From IMG/VR virus record IMGVR_UViG_3300019776_000324, positions 248,001-312,000 of that record: a stretch of 64,000 nucleotides of DNA; one strand, given 5' to 3'. The position numbers and the translations under genes were made by a program. Positions 54,418-63,587 of the stretch are shown piece by piece. Position 1 is the stretch's first letter; each line of letters opens with the position of its first letter. The notes under the pieces are model-generated. The model searched no databases, was not told where the DNA came from, and worked only from the letters and a program-made list of their open reading frames with translations.

Positions 54418-54779
54418 TCAAGACCATCAGCACCGGACATTCACAGTGGCTTAATATAAATTCGCCACCACCACCGTCAGTTTATGGCAATATGACAAAT
54501 GGTGTAGATGGTCAAATAAGATTTAATGCTTCCACACAACAGTATGAAGTATTTGCCAGTGGTGTGTGGAACCCTACAGGAGCATTTGCTACAGTGGATC
54601 CAAGTCAAAGAATGATTCAAATATTAGAGTGGGCAGAAAGTAAAATGCACATGGAACGAGAGGTTATGGAATTGCTTGCAAAGAATCCCACTGTAGCTGA
54701 CTCGTACAACAACTATAAACAAGCTGAAGCCCAGCTTAAAATGGTAATGACCCTGGTGAAAAAAGATTCTGTAGCATAA
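54414..54779 (+). CDS. Hypothetical protein
   Basis: 121-aa ORF; G.IRFN....YEV...W. Confidence 0.65.
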   Translation: MIKTISTGHSQWLNINSPPPPSVYGNMTNGVDGQIRFNASTQQYEVFASGVWNPTGAFATVDPSQRMIQILEWAESKMHMEREVMELLAKNPTVADSYNNYKQAEAQLKMVMTLVKKDSVA

Positions 54780-54798
54780 AAACAACACTTTTTACCGT

Positions 54799-54828
54799 TT
54801 GACCTAAAAATCCGTTTCGCTGTATAAT
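54799..54828 (+). promoter_or_regulatory. sigma70-type promoter TTGACC-18-TATAAT
   Basis: Near consensus, upstream of the lipoprotein gene. Confidence 0.6.
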
Positions 54829-54859
54829 ACTAGTATTGTTAATTAATCTAGGTTATACG

Positions 54860-57274
54860 ATGAAGCGGATTTTGCTTTTAGCAACAGTAGTTCTACAACT
54901 AGCGGCCTGTGCTGGTGGAGGTGGTGGAGGTGGCGCAAATAATCCTGGCGGTAGTGCTCCACCAACCCCAAGCAGTGGGCCAACTTATCTTCGATCAGAA
55001 GTACCCTTTTCAACTCCGACCAAGGTAGCTACAGTTGATCCATTGGTAGCTATTACAACTTCAGCCGCAGTGGTTGATACCTTTACTGCAAATATTTCTG
55101 GGTCAGGCGAAGATGTTATTATTGCCGGCCGTCAAACTCAACCAACTAGTATTGCCAATTGGAGCAATAGTAAAATTAGTATGCTAAGTTGGTCAAATGG
55201 TACATTGGTTGATCGAACAGCGCAATGGTTCACAGGAGACTCTAATGTAATACTAGGAGCAGATCCTAATATTAAATTTGCTGACTTCTTTAAGAGCGGG
55301 CGCACTGATATGTTTGTGGCACCTAGTACCGATGCACAAAATTATGGTCCAGCATACCTTTATCAAAATACAGGAACTACATTCAATCGCATTACAATTC
55401 CGTTGTCCAATGTATGGGGACACGATACTGCTGTAGCTGATTTAAATGGCGATGGATATAAGGATTTTGTAATTACCGACTATGGTCCTAATATGACTGT
55501 CGGTATCAATAACCGAGTTAACGGTTTTAAAACTTATACCTCTGCGTTTGGGCCTGGGCCTAGTGCCGCATCAGTTGCAGTTGCAGATTTTATGGGCAAC
55601 GGAACTACCACTATGGTATTAACTGATACCGACACTAATATTGCTAACAGCACAAAATTATACAAGTGGGCTATTGACGGCGCAGATCAATTAAAGTTTG
55701 ACATGGTCAGTGTATTGCCTGCTCCTAGGCCTGGTATTAATCATAATATTAGAAGTTTGGTGTATGACTTTGATTCAAGTGGCGCCAACAGCTTGTTAAT
55801 CTTTGGAACCAACACCGCAACAAAATATTCTGACATACAATTTTTAAAAAATAACGGAAGCGGAGCATTTACAGATGTTACAGATACTACTCTAGTAGGG
55901 TATAATCACAACACATACAGTAGCTACAATCCAAAAATTGTTGATGTCAATGGAGATGGATTAACTGACATTTTAGTTAGTGGACAGGACTTTTCTGGTA
56001 ATAACAACAGCACTCAAGTCTTGTTGCGTAGTCGAGATAACAAATATGTGGCGGCCTATCAAAATTTATTAACTGATTTTGCCACACAATCAAATCAAAT
56101 ACAAGGAACAGACAATTCCTCCAACACCGTAAATGTTGTAAAGGGGCCTAACGGAAAAATGTATCTGGTTACTGCTACTAGTTTTATGAATGGTGCAGAC
56201 CGTCAACTAGCAGTATATCTTAGTAATATCAGTGACTCAACTAGTGTAGTGACTCCAAAGTTGGCCTTGGACTTGATTAAATCCAAATGGCCATACATGA
56301 CTGATATTCAAGCCAACACTGCACTGGCCATGACTTCGTCTACATACATGACTAATGCAGGCACTGGGCTAGTAATCAATCCAGATTCATTGCTACAACC
56401 AATTGGGTCGTTGTCCTTGATGACACAAAATGGATTAACACCGATCAAAGGATATATTGCAGGTGCAGACATTGGTGACGGTAATACACTAGTGCTAGAT
56501 AGCATAGGGCGTGGGTTTACTACTAGTCTTAAAGCAATGAATGTATCTGGATTAAACAGTTTTGGTTATAACACCGAGCATGTTGACCAACACAACTTAA
56601 CTAGTCATGCAGAATATCTAGTCAACGGTAGTCCAATGACCTATGGTAACATGCGTATTGCTACTGAAAATCGTAATGCCTTGTTTGGTAACGATCAAGG
56701 TCCGGGTATGTTGCAGAAACCCACACAATATTCCATAGGTATTCCCGAAGCATACAGAAATGGTAAGTTTAGTTATGGTATGCAGTACACCAACTTGAAC
56801 ACCAATCCGTGGATAGCATTTGGTGGAGCATGGGGTAGCATTACTAATTCTGGTATTATGGATAATGTGGCCACTTACAAAGATGGTGGATTTAGTGCCC
56901 AGGCCAGCATGATGCATGTTACCACTAATGTTACTCCTGGATTGATTACTAAAGTTAATAATATAGTTGGTGGCTGGGCCGAAAGTGGTTATCGTTATAC
57001 TGAAGATCAGTTTGGTGATATTGGAGTTTATGCTGGTGTTAAGCCCGTGGTACTGTCAGGCAATGTTGAAGCAAGAATGCCAACTAGTGTTGACAGCGCA
57101 GGCAATATAGTGTACACTAACAAGAAATTAGCGATACAAAATCAAGTCACCCCTTATGTTAGAGCACTATATACTAACATGATCGATAAGAAGACCATGT
57201 ATCGTTTTAGTGTAATGGGTACACAGCAAGGTCAATATCGACTCATGCACGAACTTAGATTTTGGATAGATTAA
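54860..57274 (+). CDS. Large lipoprotein with FG-GAP/VCBS repeats and C-terminal beta-barrel-like domain
   Basis: MKRILLLATVVLQLAAC lipobox plus poly-Gly tether; ADLNGDGYKD, VDVNGDGLTD, F.D.T repeats; amphipathic beta strands ending LRFWID. Confidence 0.7.
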   Translation: MKRILLLATVVLQLAACAGGGGGGGANNPGGSAPPTPSSGPTYLRSEVPFSTPTKVATVDPLVAITTSAAVVDTFTANISGSGEDVIIAGRQTQPTSIANWSNSKISMLSWSNGTLVDRTAQWFTGDSNVILGADPNIKFADFFKSGRTDMFVAPSTDAQNYGPAYLYQNTGTTFNRITIPLSNVWGHDTAVADLNGDGYKDFVITDYGPNMTVGINNRVNGFKTYTSAFGPGPSAASVAVADFMGNGTTTMVLTDTDTNIANSTKLYKWAIDGADQLKFDMVSVLPAPRPGINHNIRSLVYDFDSSGANSLLIFGTNTATKYSDIQFLKNNGSGAFTDVTDTTLVGYNHNTYSSYNPKIVDVNGDGLTDILVSGQDFSGNNNSTQVLLRSRDNKYVAAYQNLLTDFATQSNQIQGTDNSSNTVNVVKGPNGKMYLVTATSFMNGADRQLAVYLSNISDSTSVVTPKLALDLIKSKWPYMTDIQANTALAMTSSTYMTNAGTGLVINPDSLLQPIGSLSLMTQNGLTPIKGYIAGADIGDGNTLVLDSIGRGFTTSLKAMNVSGLNSFGYNTEHVDQHNLTSHAEYLVNGSPMTYGNMRIATENRNALFGNDQGPGMLQKPTQYSIGIPEAYRNGKFSYGMQYTNLNTNPWIAFGGAWGSITNSGIMDNVATYKDGGFSAQASMMHVTTNVTPGLITKVNNIVGGWAESGYRYTEDQFGDIGVYAGVKPVVLSGNVEARMPTSVDSAGNIVYTNKKLAIQNQVTPYVRALYTNMIDKKTMYRFSVMGTQQGQYRLMHELRFWID

Positions 57275-57275
57275 A

Positions 57276-57458
57276 ATGTTAGCACTTACCGCACTGATGT
57301 GTGCCTTGTTAGGATACCAGGTAACTATGCCTGCTGTAGACAATGCCAAGTACACCTTTACTGTTCACAAAGAACAAATTGTTCGCATGAATACTCAAAA
57401 TGGTTCATTTGAAGTGTGCGATGAGCATCTGAAGTGTACACCAGTTGAGAATAAATAG
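57276..57458 (+). CDS. Small exported hypothetical protein
   Basis: Hydrophobic N-terminus; VRMNT..G..E.C. Confidence 0.55.
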   Translation: MLALTALMCALLGYQVTMPAVDNAKYTFTVHKEQIVRMNTQNGSFEVCDEHLKCTPVENK

Positions 57459-57464
57459 TAGTCC

Positions 57465-57530
57465 AGCGGCCTTTCGGCGTCATCCCGCTTTACAAATTCT
57501 GCCGCCTATGCTATAATCTAACATAGGAGA
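57465..57530 (+). promoter_or_regulatory. Candidate riboswitch-like pseudoknot plus RBS-sequestering hairpin upstream of the queD operon, overlapping a TTTACA-17-TATAAT promoter
   Basis: AGCGG/CCGCT stem, loop CGGCG pairs TGCCG, A-rich linker TTACAAA; CCTATG/CATAGG covers AGGAGA. Confidence 0.5.
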
Positions 57531-57536
57531 ATAATC

Positions 57537-57674
57537 ATGGCAAAACAAATTTATGTATTTCATATCTTACACGAAGGTAAGAATCGTATCGAATTCCTTA
57601 GAGCCGAAACCGAAGACCAAGCTCGTGCTCAATTACCAGACGGTTGTACAGTAAACAAGGTTGAGGTGAAATAA
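57537..57674 (+). CDS. Small hypothetical protein, 45 aa, not in ORF track
   Basis: AGGAGA RBS; MAKQIYVFHILHEG...; stop abuts queD ATG. Confidence 0.65.
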   Translation: MAKQIYVFHILHEGKNRIEFLRAETEDQARAQLPDGCTVNKVEVK

Positions 57675-58181
57675 ATGAACTACACCGGATCAAGACCTTA
57701 CAAATATACAAGTACTAAAGAATATCACGATGCATTTCCTTGCGCTTATCGTCAATGGAGAGCAGATAGTCACTGCAACTTGATTCATGGCTACTCATTT
57801 AGCATGAAGTTTTACTTTGGCACAGACGACTTAGATGTGCGTAACTGGGCTGCTGACTACGGCGGACTCAAAGAACTCAAAGGTATCCTTGAAAGTCAAT
57901 TTGATCATACCTTACTAGTAGCAGAAGATGATCCTGAACTAGAAACATACAAGTTATTACAAGAAAAGAATCTTGCTAAACTAACTATACTACCTAAGCT
58001 AGGTTGCGAAGGTCTAGCAGATCAATTGTACAAGTTTGTAAATGGTGTTTATATTCCAGACATGTGGGGTCAATCAGAAGCAGATCGCTTGTGGTGCTAT
58101 CGTGTGGAAGTTCGCGAAACAATGTCTAACATGGCATATCGCGAAGGACATCGTGAATGGAATGAAGATCTCTTCGAATAA
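57675..58181 (+). CDS. queD: 6-carboxy-5,6,7,8-tetrahydropterin synthase
   Basis: HCNLIHGY (CxxxHG), D.G.LK.LK, FDH.LL, GCE.LA, VEVRET. Confidence 0.88.
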   Translation: MNYTGSRPYKYTSTKEYHDAFPCAYRQWRADSHCNLIHGYSFSMKFYFGTDDLDVRNWAADYGGLKELKGILESQFDHTLLVAEDDPELETYKLLQEKNLAKLTILPKLGCEGLADQLYKFVNGVYIPDMWGQSEADRLWCYRVEVRETMSNMAYREGHREWNEDLFE

Positions 58182-58443
58182 AGTTAACGAAATCCTTGAC
58201 ATACTTCAGGAGGAGTGTGGAGAGGTTATTGTTGCTATCAGCAAGTGTCGTCGCTTTGGTATGGATAACTCCTACAAAGACGGCGGCACACAACGCGAAC
58301 ATTTAATCCAAGAACTTGGCGATGTTACCTTGTTGATCGAATTACTTCACGCACATCAAGTTTTTACTGAACAAGAATTACATCAAGCACAAGTAAGAAA
58401 AAGTCAAAAGTTAGTCAAGTGGTCAAAAATCTATGAAGAATAG
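58162..58443 (+). CDS. MazG-like NTP pyrophosphohydrolase
   Basis: LQEECGEVI.A.SK..RFG ... L..ELGDV. Confidence 0.8.
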   Translation: MKISSNKVNEILDILQEECGEVIVAISKCRRFGMDNSYKDGGTQREHLIQELGDVTLLIELLHAHQVFTEQELHQAQVRKSQKLVKWSKIYEE

Positions 58444-58471
58444 AAATTTATTTTGACTAATAATATACGCA

Positions 58472-58479
58472 TATAAATA
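58472..58479 (+). promoter_or_regulatory. T4 consensus late promoter TATAAATA
   Basis: Exact 8-mer, 8 nt before ATG 58488. Confidence 0.75.
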
Positions 58480-58487
58480 TTCGCACT

Positions 58488-59306
58488 ATGTCAAATGAAT
58501 ACAAAATATCTATTTTATTGCCCACACGAGGGCGCACAAAAGCACTGGATCGAAGCCTAATAGGTTTATTAGAAAAAGCCTCGGACCTCAGCAGTATCCA
58601 GTTACTGTTAGGATTGGATTCCGACGACTCTATAGGAGTTGAACATTTTCAAAATGAACTACAACCTAAATTAGATGACATGGGCATTGATTACACTGCC
58701 ATGTTGTTTAGTCCAATGGGTTATGGTCGCCTGAATGAATACATTAACAAACTAGCTGAAAATTCTTCTGCTGATTGGTTATTCTTTTGGAATGACGATG
58801 CAATCATGGAAACCACGGATTGGGATCTAGAGATTACCAAGCACACTGGCGAATTTAAATTATTAGCTGTACATACTCACAATGATCATCCATACAGCAT
58901 TTTCCCAATCGTACCTAAAGAGTGGTTGGATGTCATTGGTCATTTAAGTTTACACTCAATGACTGATGCTTGGTTGAGCCAAATTGCATACTGTGTGGAT
59001 ATTTGGGAACGAATTGATATTGATGTATTACACGACCGTGCAGACTTAACTGGCAACAATCAAGATGCTACCTACAAACAAAGAGAACTGCTCGAAGGCA
59101 ATCCTAATAATCCTAGAGACTTCCATCACCCTGCACAGACCATGTTGCGTATGAAAGAATGCGATATACTAGACAACTATCTTAAAAGCATCGGAAAAGG
59201 TAGCGATTGGTGGGATCGTGTTAAATCAGGAGATCAAGATCCTTGGGACCGATTGAAAGAAAACGACATTAATAAACAAATGGTTCAGTTCCAATTAAAA
59301 AAATAA
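58488..59306 (+). CDS. GT2-family (GT-A) glycosyltransferase
   Basis: ISILLPTRGR, LD.DD, WNDD, D.WL. Confidence 0.8.
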   Translation: MSNEYKISILLPTRGRTKALDRSLIGLLEKASDLSSIQLLLGLDSDDSIGVEHFQNELQPKLDDMGIDYTAMLFSPMGYGRLNEYINKLAENSSADWLFFWNDDAIMETTDWDLEITKHTGEFKLLAVHTHNDHPYSIFPIVPKEWLDVIGHLSLHSMTDAWLSQIAYCVDIWERIDIDVLHDRADLTGNNQDATYKQRELLEGNPNNPRDFHHPAQTMLRMKECDILDNYLKSIGKGSDWWDRVKSGDQDPWDRLKENDINKQMVQFQLKK

Positions 59307-59309
59307 CTT

Positions 59310-60359
59310 ATGACTAACAAACAAAAAACTATACTTGTAACAGGCGGTGCTGGATTTATCGGACACCATATGATTCGTCGTTTACTCAAGCACGAAGAAT
59401 ATCGAATTATCTCAATGGATCGACTAGACTTTTCTGGCAATCTTAATCGCTTGCACGAACTAAGTCAAGAGTTTGGCACCGATGCAATGAGTCGTTTGCG
59501 TGTGATTTTTCACGATCTTCGTGCAGAAATTAATCCACAACTAGCACATCAGATTGGTCCTGTGGATTACATTATTCATATGGCCGCTGGTAGTCATGTC
59601 ACACGATCAATTGAGAATCCCATGTTGTTTGTACAGGACAATGTGGTTGGTACTTGTAACCTATTAGAATATGCTCGTAAGTATTTGCCCAACTTGGAAA
59701 AGTTTATTAACTTTGGCACCGACGAAGTGTTTGGATCGGCTCCAGAAGGTGTAGAATACAAAGAATACGATCGTTACAACAGTCGTAGTCCTTACAGTGC
59801 TACTAAAGCTGGCGCAGAAGAATTATGTGTATGCTACGAAAATACCTATAACATGCCTATCTACTGTACACACACAATGAATGTGTTTGGTGAGCGTCAA
59901 TTACCGGAGAAGTTTATTGGTATTGCTATGCGCAAGATACTTGCTGGGGAAGAAGTTACTATCCACTGTGATGAAGAAACAGGAACCAAGAGTGGATTGC
60001 GTCACTGGGTTCATGCTGCCGATGTTGCTGATGCTACTATGTTTATCATGGACTTGCCTCATAAAGGCTTTCCACTTGCTGATGACTTTGGCGGTGCTAC
60101 ATGTCCTAAGTTCAACATTGTAGGGCAACAAGAAGTTTCTAACTTTGATGTAGCACAAAAGATTGCCGACATCCTGGGCAAGGAATTAAAGCACACAATG
60201 ATTGGCTACGATACACAACGCCCAGGGCATGATTTCCGTTATGCACTCAGCGGAGAGTATATGAAGAAGTTAGGTTGGGAACCCAAGTACGACTTTGAAA
60301 CACGCATTGAACAAATGGTTCTTTGGACATTGAAGAATGATCGCTGGTTAAAAATATGA
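59310..60359 (+). CDS. rmlB: dTDP-glucose 4,6-dehydratase-like (RmlB)
   Basis: VTGGAGFIG, HMAA.SHV.RSI, TDEVFG, SPYSATKA, Q.PEKF, RPGHD.RY. Confidence 0.9.
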   Translation: MTNKQKTILVTGGAGFIGHHMIRRLLKHEEYRIISMDRLDFSGNLNRLHELSQEFGTDAMSRLRVIFHDLRAEINPQLAHQIGPVDYIIHMAAGSHVTRSIENPMLFVQDNVVGTCNLLEYARKYLPNLEKFINFGTDEVFGSAPEGVEYKEYDRYNSRSPYSATKAGAEELCVCYENTYNMPIYCTHTMNVFGERQLPEKFIGIAMRKILAGEEVTIHCDEETGTKSGLRHWVHAADVADATMFIMDLPHKGFPLADDFGGATCPKFNIVGQQEVSNFDVAQKIADILGKELKHTMIGYDTQRPGHDFRYALSGEYMKKLGWEPKYDFETRIEQMVLWTLKNDRWLKI

Positions 60360-61567
60360 AACATGTAACAGAAAATACACATTGCCTAGCGTGTGGGTCA
60401 GGCGACATACACACAGCACTAGATTTAGGCAAGCAACCTTTAGCAAACAGTTATAAAGATTCAGCAGACGAGCCAGAAGCACGATACCCACTGGGTGTTA
60501 GGCTATGTCGTAAGTGCTATCACTTGCAACTGAGTCACACTGTGGATCCCGAAATCATTTATAAAAACTACCTGTATGCTACTGGTACTAATCAAACTAT
60601 CAAAGATTACTCAGCGTGGTTTGCTAACTTTTGTTTAGAGTCATGTAATCGTGCCGGTACAGTGTTAGACATTGGTTGTAATGATGGTACTCAACTTGAT
60701 TACTTCAAAGCACTTGGTGTCAAGACATATGGAATTGATCCTGCGGAAAATTTGCACTCTAGAAGTGGTGCCAATCACAATGTAGTATGCGATTTCTTTG
60801 GCCCGCAGGCTGTGGAAAAATTAAACACGGTCTACTATGATCTTATCATAGCACAAAATGTATGTGCTCATAATCCAGATCCACGGGCATTTTTAGAATC
60901 ATGCTATCAATTAATGGCCGATCATACTGTGTTGTTTGTACAGACTAGCCAGGCTGACATGGTTCTACACAATGAATTTGATACTATCTATCACGAACAT
61001 GTAAACTTTTTCAATGCTAATAGCATGAACGAACTGGCCAAACGAGTTGGTTTGCATCTGATTGATGTTATTAAAGCTCCTATTCATGGCAACAGTTATA
61101 TTTTTATTTTAAGTAAACAGCCGTTTAACAAAAATCGTATTAGCAACATTATCGGACTTGAAGCGGCCTATGGACTGCTTGATGTAGAAACATATATCAA
61201 GTGGGAAAAGTATGTGCAGTCACTTGTTCGTAAATTAAAAGCACAGATTAATGCTTATCGCAAAGATGGTTACGCTATTGCAGGTTATGGTGCTGCGGCC
61301 AAGGGTAATACCTTGCTGAATTTTACTGATATCAAACTTGATTTTATCATTGACGACAATCCGCTCAAGCAAGGAAAGTTTACGCCAGGTACTAGTTGTC
61401 CTATTGTTAGTATTGATCATCTTACAAAGTTTAAAAAGAAAGACAAGATTTTGTTTATGCCCTTGGCTTGGAACTTCTTTCCAGAGATCAAGTCAAAAAT
61501 TCAATCTGCTAGAAGCAATCCTAACGATCTCTTTATTCGTTATTTTCCACAGGTTGATGTACAATAA
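60356..61567 (+). CDS. NDP-hexose C-methyltransferase
   Basis: N-terminal CxxC...CxxC Zn domain, LDIGCNDG, FDTIYHEH, YGAAAKGNT.LN, LAWNF. Confidence 0.88.
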   Translation: MKHVTENTHCLACGSGDIHTALDLGKQPLANSYKDSADEPEARYPLGVRLCRKCYHLQLSHTVDPEIIYKNYLYATGTNQTIKDYSAWFANFCLESCNRAGTVLDIGCNDGTQLDYFKALGVKTYGIDPAENLHSRSGANHNVVCDFFGPQAVEKLNTVYYDLIIAQNVCAHNPDPRAFLESCYQLMADHTVLFVQTSQADMVLHNEFDTIYHEHVNFFNANSMNELAKRVGLHLIDVIKAPIHGNSYIFILSKQPFNKNRISNIIGLEAAYGLLDVETYIKWEKYVQSLVRKLKAQINAYRKDGYAIAGYGAAAKGNTLLNFTDIKLDFIIDDNPLKQGKFTPGTSCPIVSIDHLTKFKKKDKILFMPLAWNFFPEIKSKIQSARSNPNDLFIRYFPQVDVQ

Positions 61568-62334
61568 TGAAAAATTATCTAATCAAAGGCCTGCATCGTA
61601 TTGGTAGTACTCAGTGGTGGCCTGGGCGTGATCGTGCCGACGAAGGTGACTTATTTTATTACTATACAAAGATGGCCGAACTAAGCGAAGCCAGCTTCTT
61701 TCACAACTTACAAGGCGATTGGGAATACATCAAGCTAGAGTCTGAAGCTACCGATGTAAACCATGTGTTCCGTCAGCAATTTGCTGCCATTTGGGATATT
61801 TGGAAATCAGAACCTTGTAACATTTATTACTGCGGCAGTGATGTACAAGTGTTAAAACCTGTGGAAGTGTTTGGTCGATACAAGCATTTCTTGATGTTTA
61901 ATTATACCGATCCAAAGAGTTTGGATGAGCATGCTCATTTCTTGAACGCTGACATACGCTATTATCCTGCCGAAATGGATCGAGACATGTTTGAACAAGC
62001 AACTCGAGATGTTGCTCAAGCTACAGAATGGAACAATGATCAAAAGCTGTATAATCGCATGGTGTGGTCGCAAGGGCTCGCTCCAGACGAAGTAATCGAT
62101 CCAACAATGGCCTATCAGGGTCCTTGGTTGCCAGGGCCGCAAGAAGCCAGAGACTTTACAGATAAGTGGAACGGATGCCGATTAGAAGATGCCAACATTG
62201 TACACTGGCATGGTAGCCGAAATGCCAATGGTAAATTACAACTTATGCAATCGGTAAATGATCAATTGGGCATACCAGCTGTTCCGGTTAATCCTAGACC
62301 AACAAAGACCTTAGATATCTCACATTATCCTTGA
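61567..62334 (+). CDS. Putative nucleotide-diphospho-sugar transferase
   Basis: Y.GSD, N.D.RY, DQ..YN, IVHWHGSR; lies in the sugar operon. Confidence 0.5.
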   Translation: MKNYLIKGLHRIGSTQWWPGRDRADEGDLFYYYTKMAELSEASFFHNLQGDWEYIKLESEATDVNHVFRQQFAAIWDIWKSEPCNIYYCGSDVQVLKPVEVFGRYKHFLMFNYTDPKSLDEHAHFLNADIRYYPAEMDRDMFEQATRDVAQATEWNNDQKLYNRMVWSQGLAPDEVIDPTMAYQGPWLPGPQEARDFTDKWNGCRLEDANIVHWHGSRNANGKLQLMQSVNDQLGIPAVPVNPRPTKTLDISHYP

Positions 62335-62359
62335 CAAGACTGCTAATAAGTGTTAAAAT
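62331..62359 (+). promoter_or_regulatory. sigma70-type promoter TTGACA-17-TAAAAT
   Basis: Consensus -35; ATG 62366 is 6 nt downstream. Confidence 0.7.
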
Positions 62360-62365
62360 AGTAAT

Positions 62366-62902
62366 ATGAAAAAAGTATATTACACTTGGCAGGATGTTGA
62401 AAATCAAACACAAGAAATTCTGCGTCAACTACAGCGTGATGCATGGATGCCCGATTATGTTGTAGGGCTTACTAGAGGCGGACTTGTTCCAGCTAATCTT
62501 ATTAGCCAATACTTAGAAGTGCCAATGGAAACACTCAAAGTAAGCCTGCGTGACGATGCTAGCCAACCCGAATCAAACTTATGGATGGCCGAAGATGCAT
62601 ACGGTCATGTAGATTATGATCCAATGTCAGGTGGTGATGGGCGTCAAAAGATTCTTATTGTAGACGACATCAATGATTCGGGTGCTACACTTAATTGGAT
62701 TAAACAAGACTGGATGAGTAGTTGTATGCCTGGCGATCTAGAACGCTGGAATCATGTATGGAACGATAATGTTCGTGTTGCTGTACTAGTTGATAACGAA
62801 GCCAGCGCCAGTGAATTAAATGTTAGATATTCAGCCATTGACCTAAATAAAGCTGAAGAAGATTGTTGGATTGTGTTTCCTTGGGAAGATTGGTGGAAGT
62901 GA
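62366..62902 (+). CDS. Purine phosphoribosyltransferase (Gpt-like)
   Basis: VVGLTRGGLVPA, LIVDDINDSGAT PRPP loop, WIVFPWE. Confidence 0.9.
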   Translation: MKKVYYTWQDVENQTQEILRQLQRDAWMPDYVVGLTRGGLVPANLISQYLEVPMETLKVSLRDDASQPESNLWMAEDAYGHVDYDPMSGGDGRQKILIVDDINDSGATLNWIKQDWMSSCMPGDLERWNHVWNDNVRVAVLVDNEASASELNVRYSAIDLNKAEEDCWIVFPWEDWWK

Positions 62903-63579
62903 AAAGTATAGTATCTTTTGGCGATAGCTTTGTATTTGGCAGTGAACTAGCTGACAACAACGATGGCTCCAAGGCCTGGCCTGCGCTGGTGGCCAAAGAA
63001 CTAGGATATTCTTATAATACATCTGCGGTTCCAGGGTGCGGCAATGATCATATTGCTAGACAAATTTATACATGGTTTTCTAATAACTCACCTGAAAATA
63101 CTCTAGCAGTGATCAACTGGACTTGGATGAGTCGTTGGGACTTTTATATTGTTGAGCACGAAACATGGATTACCTTAGGACCAACTTGTGTTCCAGAAAA
63201 ACTCAAAGATTTAGTTGATCGTACACAAGCCGAAGACATGATTGATTTTTATAAGACTCGAGCCAATAGTAGCTTGCTATGGAACAAGTTTAGAAACTTA
63301 CAAACCATTTGGGCTGTGCAACAATACATGAATCACAAGGGTATCAAGTCTGTACAAACTTACATGGACTATGAGTTGTTTGATCAAACCTTTCACGCAC
63401 CGGATTATATTAAAGAACTACAACAATTAGTGTTACCAAAATTACAATTATTTGATGATAAAAACTTTGTTGATTGGTCGCATGAACATGAATATCCTGT
63501 TACAATACAAGGGTGGCATCCGCTGGAACAAGCACATCAAGCGGCAGCAGAATATTGGAAAGATATTTACAAAATCTAA
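62899..63579 (+). CDS. SGNH/GDSL-hydrolase-like protein
   Basis: FGDSF, PG.GN, WT..SR.D, WHP...AH; GTG start. Confidence 0.55.
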   Translation: MKSIVSFGDSFVFGSELADNNDGSKAWPALVAKELGYSYNTSAVPGCGNDHIARQIYTWFSNNSPENTLAVINWTWMSRWDFYIVEHETWITLGPTCVPEKLKDLVDRTQAEDMIDFYKTRANSSLLWNKFRNLQTIWAVQQYMNHKGIKSVQTYMDYELFDQTFHAPDYIKELQQLVLPKLQLFDDKNFVDWSHEHEYPVTIQGWHPLEQAHQAAAEYWKDIYKI

Positions 63580-63587
63580 ATACTATT

